The translations under genes were made by a program, and so were the position numbers. A DNA stretch of 64,000 bases from Adineta vaga. Lineage: Eukaryota; Animalia; Rotifera. Shown one piece after another: positions 56,440-64,000 of this stretch. How positions within the stretch are numbered: position 1 is the first letter of the stretch; the number at the start of each line of letters is the position of its first letter. Where the stretch lies: contig CP075492.1 of the NCBI GenBank assembly GCA_021613535.1, positions 12,524,001 through 12,588,000 of the forward strand, given 5' to 3'. The notes under the pieces were generated by a model that saw only the letters and a list, made by a program, of their open reading frames with translations, had not been told where the DNA came from and did not search any database.

Positions 56440-57540
56440 TCAATAAAAATAAATGTACAGAAGAAAAAGAGATTGTTGTATGTAGAAGTAAATATACGAT
56501 CGAAATGATGATGAAGAAGAAGATGGAGATGAGAGGAGTTTGATGTTATTTGTTTGAATGAATTGTTCGATTGCTTTAGCAATACGTTTAGCTTCTAGTT
56601 TAATTGAATTTGTTCGTAAACGTTCAATAGGATAGGAGAAAACAATTGCATTAAATCGTTGATCAGCATGCATTCGAGTTGAATGAGTAGATAGACGATA
56701 ACTATATTGTTGCTGTTGCTGTTGTTGTTGTTGTTGTGATTGTTCCAGTGGAATAACATGTGGAAAACCATTGAGACGTAAGAAATGACCAAAAGAATTA
56801 TTTCCTAAAATAACACTTGGACCAGACCGTGAGACAAGCTCATTTATTGTCGATTGAGTAGGTTTACTAATAGTAGATGAACGTAATGGATCGTAACCAT
56901 AACCAAGTTGTACTGTTTGTGAATATCGATGAAAGACAAATTCAATGAATAGACCACGTGATGGAGCACGAATTGCTTCTTTAGCCATGGCAATCAAACG
57001 ATGATAATCAGTATAAACACGTGTAGCACTTTCAATTAAAAATGTTCCAAGAAGTAAATCTTCAGCTGGATCAACATATTGACGAGTTAGTTTATTCAAT
57101 ATTGTATATGGACGATACGGTAAAGCAGATGCTTCCGAAATAGCTTTTGTTAATAAATACATTGATAGAGTTGAACTACGATTTGTAAGACATCGTGCAT
57201 CAGCACGATACGAAAGTGTTTTTCCATCTGATTTGAAACAGTCTTTTATTGTATAGATACATCGTTCTAAAGTATCATTATAACAGCCAGCTACAGGTAA
57301 TTGTCCTAATGTTGTACGAATACTATCACCTGTTGGTGATTTTCCATTATTTTTCGTAGTTAAATTTGCACCGAGAAAACCACCATGTGGTGATGCAAAG
57401 ATTAAATTTGTTGCACTACCACCACGATTAAATTCAACTAATGATAAATAACTTTCATGATCAGAATATTGACTAAAATACGATGTAAATTTGTTAAAGA
57501 TAATAATTGTCAGTAATAGTAATCTTGTATCGAAATGCAT
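56440..57540 (-). CDS. Secreted N-formylglutamate amidohydrolase-like protein, divergent, intronless
   Basis: Signal peptide; LIFASPHGG, ILNKLTRQYVDP, YTDYH, QLGY; Ser-rich spacer and hydrophobic C-terminus. Confidence 0.6.
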   Translation of the reverse strand: MHFDTRLLLLTIIIFNKFTSYFSQYSDHESYLSLVEFNRGGSATNLIFASPHGGFLGANLTTKNNGKSPTGDSIRTTLGQLPVAGCYNDTLERCIYTIKDCFKSDGKTLSYRADARCLTNRSSTLSMYLLTKAISEASALPYRPYTILNKLTRQYVDPAEDLLLGTFLIESATRVYTDYHRLIAMAKEAIRAPSRGLFIEFVFHRYSQTVQLGYGYDPLRSSTISKPTQSTINELVSRSGPSVILGNNSFGHFLRLNGFPHVIPLEQSQQQQQQQQQQYSYRLSTHSTRMHADQRFNAIVFSYPIERLRTNSIKLEAKRIAKAIEQFIQTNNIKLLSSPSSSSSSFRSYIYFYIQQSLFLLYIYFY

Positions 57541-59292
57541 TGATTATCGTCTCACTATCTACATTCATCTAAAAAGATCGATAGTTGATTTTCTAGATTT
57601 ACACAAGTACACGCAGTACGATCGAATAGATAGAGAGCTTTTTTTTCCATTTCCAGAAAAAAAGAAAAGAAAAGAAGAGTTTTTCTCGTGCAATAGTGAT
57701 GAAGAGAATAACGAATTTCTTCATTTGACGACAACATCCATAAAGCGAGAAGAAGAAGAAGAAGAAAAAAAAAGAATGAGAGAAAAGGCAGTTGTCAGAC
57801 ATACAAACTAGCAGTCGAGTTGTACTAGCTAGGAGTATGCCAAGGCTGACAGACGTACGAATAATCGTCTTGTCAGGAAAAAGTATGCCCTTGAAAATAT
57901 TCTTTAGAGAAAACCTCGTTACACGTGACAATAGAACGTTGTTATTTATGTTCTTATCTCATCGGAAATAGATTTACTTGTTATAAACATCAAACTTTTG
58001 TTTATTTATTTAAACTTTAACGAAGTTTTCTCGAAACAAACTAAAAGATATGTCAAAACATCGTTGTTTTCAAATGCCTTTATCTAGTAGCTATCATGAT
58101 ATAAGATTATCGGCGATGTTTTGTTATTGTAGGATCGTAAACACATAGATTCATTCACAAGATATCAAACAGCTCGCTAACCTTGACTACAAATGATACT
58201 AATAATATATACTACTGGAAATCATAAACAATGAGAGATTCATGACACGTAGATTTCTTTTTCCTTATAGTCATAACAAAAGATTGATTATATCGTTTCT
58301 GCATTGTCTATGTAATGCTTTCAGATGAGCAGAGATTTCTTTACCTGTAACGATCAAATTGTTATGAAAAGATTAAATGAACTATTAGTTTAGTCATCAT
58401 GTATACAAGTCTTATCTTTACAAATGTTCGAATGAATGTCAAGCATGAACAATAAATGTAGTCATTATATGTCGATAAACGATACATTACAAAATGAAAT
58501 TTACACTTTTTTTCATTGAAGGGAGGGAGTACGAAACAAAATGATGTATGGAATGAACTGTCATCGATAATCGATTAGAGAAATGTAATCCACGATACCT
58601 TCGATAGACTCACAATTTCAATATATATGGTGTATATTTCTTATCAAAAGTATTCATTTGATTTTCATCTTAGGAACGAGAAATATGATTGTAAAGAATC
58701 AATAAATTGCTTCCTTTTTTTCCTAATCATTCTATTATATCTATATAATATTCTACGCAATTCAGTCATTGACACATCCGCCTACTAATATAGATCGAAT
58801 AGAATCGAGGTTTTAAATGCAATATGGATGAATAGTTCTATTAAACATAAAAGCATTGCTTTATTTCAGATTGATTACATAATCGTATATCGAACAAATA
58901 TTTTAATTCGTTCTCTATTCCTTTAAAAAAAAGATGATTAATCCTTATCATGTATTCCATCTTCATCATCATTGGACATTTCAATGATATAGAATGAATA
59001 AATAATATCTTAAATTAATGAAGTAAATACAAATATATTGGTTTTAGATAATTTTTGAATTTGATAGAGAACATTTTTTTAATATTCAATAAAAAGATCA
59101 GAACGAAAACTTTTTTGTTGTGTAGTTGATTCGATTCGCTTTTCAAAACGATGTCTACTAATATTCACCCACACTGTCAATATTTATTGGTGTTATTAAG
59201 ATTTTTATTCGATAGAATAATAGCAACATGTAATCAATATATAATAAATATGAGTTCAGAATTTATGAAAACATCTTTTTCGATATGCATAA

Positions 59293-60352
59293 TCATGACC
59301 ATATGAATACATACAACAAAATTGTGAAGAAATGATATAGTAATGATATACTTTGCGGTGAGTTTATTGTAGTATCACTAGTACCATTAACTGATACCTC
59401 TACAAAACCATTAGTAATAATAGATTGAATCCAATTACGATAAACAGATACACGAGTATATACACCAGCGTAATTCGGATCACCACATCCTGCTCCGTAA
59501 CTCGTAATACCGACTAGTATCCATTGACGTTTTGTTGCGTCATATTGCATTAAGGCGCCCCCCGAATCACCTTGACATGTATCTAGAAAAAATTATAATT
59601 AGCCTGCATTGTATACTGCATTAAACAAATCAAGAAATCATTCTATTACCTTTTCCTCCATCAAATACTCCAGCACAAAATTGTAGCTGGCAGTTGTGGA
59701 GCACAGATCTACACATGCGATGATCTGAAGGTATTGCAGTTAATGATACCTGTTGTAGATGTTGATTAGATGGTATGTAGGTTAAACCTGATTTTAATAC
59801 ACCCCATCCAATCGCTACTAGAGATGAAGAAGGAGTTGGATAATTTGTACTTGTATTTGCTGGTATAACGTGAGGTAAACATAAACGTAGAGTACCTTGC
59901 CCATTCGAAATAACTAATGGTTGATTCAATTGTAAAATAGCAATATCATTAATTTTAGTGTTACTATTATATTGTGGATGCGAGATAACACGTACAATAG
60001 AACGTTGTTGAGCTGTTGAAACCGATAATTCAGATAATTGATTGATACCTACAATGATCTTTGCATTTTGAATAATATCAGAGGGATTTGCAATACAATG
60101 AGCTGCAGTAAGAATATATAATGCTGAAATAATTGTACCACCACAAAAATGTCCTTTTCTCGAATACTGTAATGAAGCTGCCCATGCCCAACTTGAATCC
60201 ACTGCAGATTCACCGCCGACAATCTTATTTAAAATTGCATTAGTTCTTGAACATCCACAGTCAGCATTTCGGTTACAGGAATAGACAACCGATGAAACAT
60301 TATCGATTTTAAAAAGAAAGACTGAAAATAACGAAATCCAAACATACAACAT
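59293..60352 (-). CDS. Trypsin-like S1 serine protease, possibly GPI-anchored
   Basis: KIVGG, LTAAHC, NDIAIL, GK|DTCQGDSGG (intron 59649-59583), GVYTRVS; hydrophobic C-terminal tail. Confidence 0.93.
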
Positions 60353-60735
60353 GAATTCGATTTAGAAAGAATGGATTGTGCTATGGTTTACTCCAGTTCT
60401 CTTAAAAACAACGCCATCGAAATGATATTGGATATGTTTTTCGTATGTTGTCTTAAATAACGTTTGATATTAATCATTCGTTGCTTTTGTTATTCGACAT
60501 GTTATATTAAATTCTTCCGTACATATGTCCGATTCTTCGATGTGATGTTTGTTAGTCTTATTTCTGAATCACTCGAAAGAAAATAATAAACTATAGAGAT
60601 TCTTATTTTATCATCAATTTAACATTCTTTTTTTAAATTATTGAATACTTTATTTCCATAAATACAAAATCTTCCTATTGAATAAGATAAATATCAATAA
60701 AAAAAACAATATTAACATTTGTTGAATCTTTTCCG

Positions 60736-62169
60736 TTACGAATTTTTCATTTGTTTTTCTTTATAATCTTGAATTAAAATCTGGGCTAAATCATCCGGAA
60801 CTCGATGATAAGTTTTTAAATGATTTTCTAAATCATCAGCTAATACCGATAGACGTCGACATGGAACTCTTGATATCTCTTCATTTTTATATCCAGCTAA
60901 ATCAAATAGTCCATGTTTTAATGGACATGAAATTCGATATGAATTCTTAATCAAATTATCATTTCCATCAAAAAGTTTTCTTGTATGCGGATCTTGTCCG
61001 TCGACAACGGCTTTAACTAAACGTAAAGCATAAGGTGGTCGGAATTTATGTTTCTGTACAAAATGAGTATATAATCCTATTTGACGTTTTTTGTCATCTT
61101 GACAAAAACGTATCATATGTTCCAGTCCAGTAACACCATAAGCACCATCGAATGTCAATGGACATTGTCCCGCGATTGTTTTATATCTTTTTGGTTGCAT
61201 TTTACTTTGTGTATCATTTTCATCTCCCATCTGAAAGATAAATTATATATTAAAAACAAAATCATGCATCTATGACTGATTTTACTGCTTGCACTCTAGA
61301 TAGATTAGATCATTCTTTACCTCGGTTTTATTTGTTATTCGACTAAAAAGAAACAAGAATAGATTTTTACTTAATCATGCTTCGAATACAACTTACTCCA
61401 AATAAATATGATCCAAAACTTGACTATCAACTAACATCGAGTTTTCGTCATCTGAAAACCAAATGCATTCGGAATTTGTTAAAATTTATTGCTCTTCTTA
61501 CCTTCAATTATTGTTGAACTTTCTATTTCATTCGTTAAACCGAAAGAAAGAACCGATCTAAAAAAAATCAAAATACATCTCAAATGATTTCAATATAATC
61601 TATCAATACTTCAGTTCAGTAGATTCATATTTGATAAATGACTGATCTAAAATACAATTGAATTTGTATTTTTATCATTACAATATTCTAATTACCTTCT
61701 TCATGTTTAATGCATTCGCAAACACAGGAACATTTCGTAATATCGAGTAACGATGGTTCAACTTTAACAACTGCTTCTTCTGTTTGTAAACAGACAGAAT
61801 AAATATATTATCATTTCAGTTATATCTACCTGAACTATTTACTGCTATGGCATGACTGATTTCATCGTACATAATTTGAATTTCATCAATTGAACAAACT
61901 TGTACATCAATTACTTTTTGTGCTTGTTCAATCAATTTATGCTCACGTTCAATAGCCAAACGTTTCTTTTCCATAATTAATTTCAATTTTGTTGTACTGG
62001 TAATTAAATCACTGGTAAGACTATCGACTAGTGCTTTATTTTGTTTGAATTGTTCCACATGTTCAATTAAATGATTGAGGCAAACTAAACGTGAACAACA
62101 ATGGCATTCGTATAGATGTTGAATTTCTTGATTACACATTAAATCAGCGCAAAAACCAGTTTGAGGCAT
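60736..62169 (-). CDS. Cys/His-rich putative zinc-binding protein, multi-exon
   Basis: N-terminal C-x4-C...CHCC-x3-C-x2-H-x3-H (B-box-like), coiled coil, small internal exons, then CPLTFDG...HF-x3-H and CPL...HL-x3-H modules. Joining of the two ends into one gene is inferred. Confidence 0.6.
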
Positions 62170-63375
62170 TTCTGAAATAGAGAAAGGATACTTTTTTTCT
62201 CGTATGGTTATCTTCGCATAGAGAAGGAATTTATTTACGTGTGTGTGTAGATCGTTCTATCAGCTCGAAAAGACGAATAAGATTATAGAAAGTACAACGT
62301 TTTTCAGCTATTTATATGGAATAAAAATACACTGCACAGACTACATTGTAAAAAATAATCTAGATCGGTGAAAAAACTGATTAAATATCTAGGGAAAGCA
62401 CTTAAGTGCATTTTGTTAACAATACTTTAGACAGTCGAATGTTCGAATACATATAATGTATTCTCTTTCGTCGCGCCGCTGATTATGCCTAGATCGGGTG
62501 ACATGGACCGAATTTATTTATTTCACTATCTATAGAATGATTCACTACGCATGAAGAACAGTAAAATTCCACTTACGTAATAAATAATTGAACATAAAAC
62601 AAATCGTTTACAGTGTAACAGTATTAAAATCAAATTATCCGATAAAATTCAATATTTCATTCTCGCGTTAGCACATCAATATATTCTTGTTATCCACGAT
62701 AGCGAAAAATTCATTTGTCTTGTTTTGAGTTACATTTATCAGTAATGAGAAATTAGAACAAAGCACGTTTAGATCATTAATATGAAATGTATTGACTTTC
62801 TATTTGAAATCTTTAAACATATATTTTATTAATTTTATCCATGATTATATGCATTACACATAACTCTTTTGTAGAATGAACGTTCTTTATAGTCTATATC
62901 GAAGTATGATTTATGATGTGAACATCATAGTTGCATGATAATTCAAAGTGTTCAATTTATATACTATTGTATATATTTTAAAGAAGATAATTAGTATTAA
63001 CAATGCATTTATTATTATAATCATACATATGATTTCAAATAGAATTATATTGAAGTTATCAAGATGATGAAAATCCATTTGAATTTGAATTAATAAGTTA
63101 TAAAGAAAAGAAGAAATATTTTTTACTGGTTTCTTTGTATAGCCAATAGTAAACTAGTGAAAAGTATTGTATTGTAACTAAAATATCAATGAAATAATTC
63201 GAAATTTATCATTTCATTTTCTTTTCTCCGAGATTTCACATTGAGAATGATGCAATGTTTGAAATTTAATTCATATTAATATAACGAAAGATCATTTTCG
63301 ATTTAGTTAATTAATCGATCAATCATTGGAAATACAACATTGAAAACATTTCGTACTATTCAACAGCGAATTAGT

Positions 63376-64000
<625 letters not shown>

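Overview
AT-rich, gene-dense eukaryotic DNA with many short (~50-60 nt) GT-AG introns. Gene content and style suggest a bdelloid rotifer (inference, not checked). Genes in order: 3' part of eIF3a; an intronless low-complexity ORF; three tandem Gly/Trp/Arg-rich secreted-peptide genes; a WD40 protein; a deoxynucleoside kinase; an afadin-like RA-FHA-DIL-PDZ protein; a two-domain oligoribonuclease; a multipass membrane ORF; a PTB protein; an RNF13-like ligase; TMEM86/YhhN; an SPFH protein; a DHHC enzyme; an LDLa receptor-like protein; DHX38/PRP16; a CCDC9-like N/Q-rich protein; an O-fucosyltransferase-like protein; a bacterial-type sugar isomerase; iRhom; an FGase-like secreted protein; a trypsin; a Cys/His-rich protein; and ADAT2. 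The strongest unexplained signals are (1) an intergenic array of five related pre-miRNA-like hairpins with ~115-nt period (24.1-24.64 kb), (2) an Orn/REXO2 gene fusing a catalytic domain to a catalytically dead domain with complementary motif loss, (3) the small-peptide cluster, whose true frames the ORF track misses and which resembles nematode NLP-29/caenacin antimicrobial peptides, and (4) an intron-containing bacterial-type isomerase tail-to-tail with a fucosyltransferase-like gene. All gene models were spliced by eye; no searches or folding programs were run.
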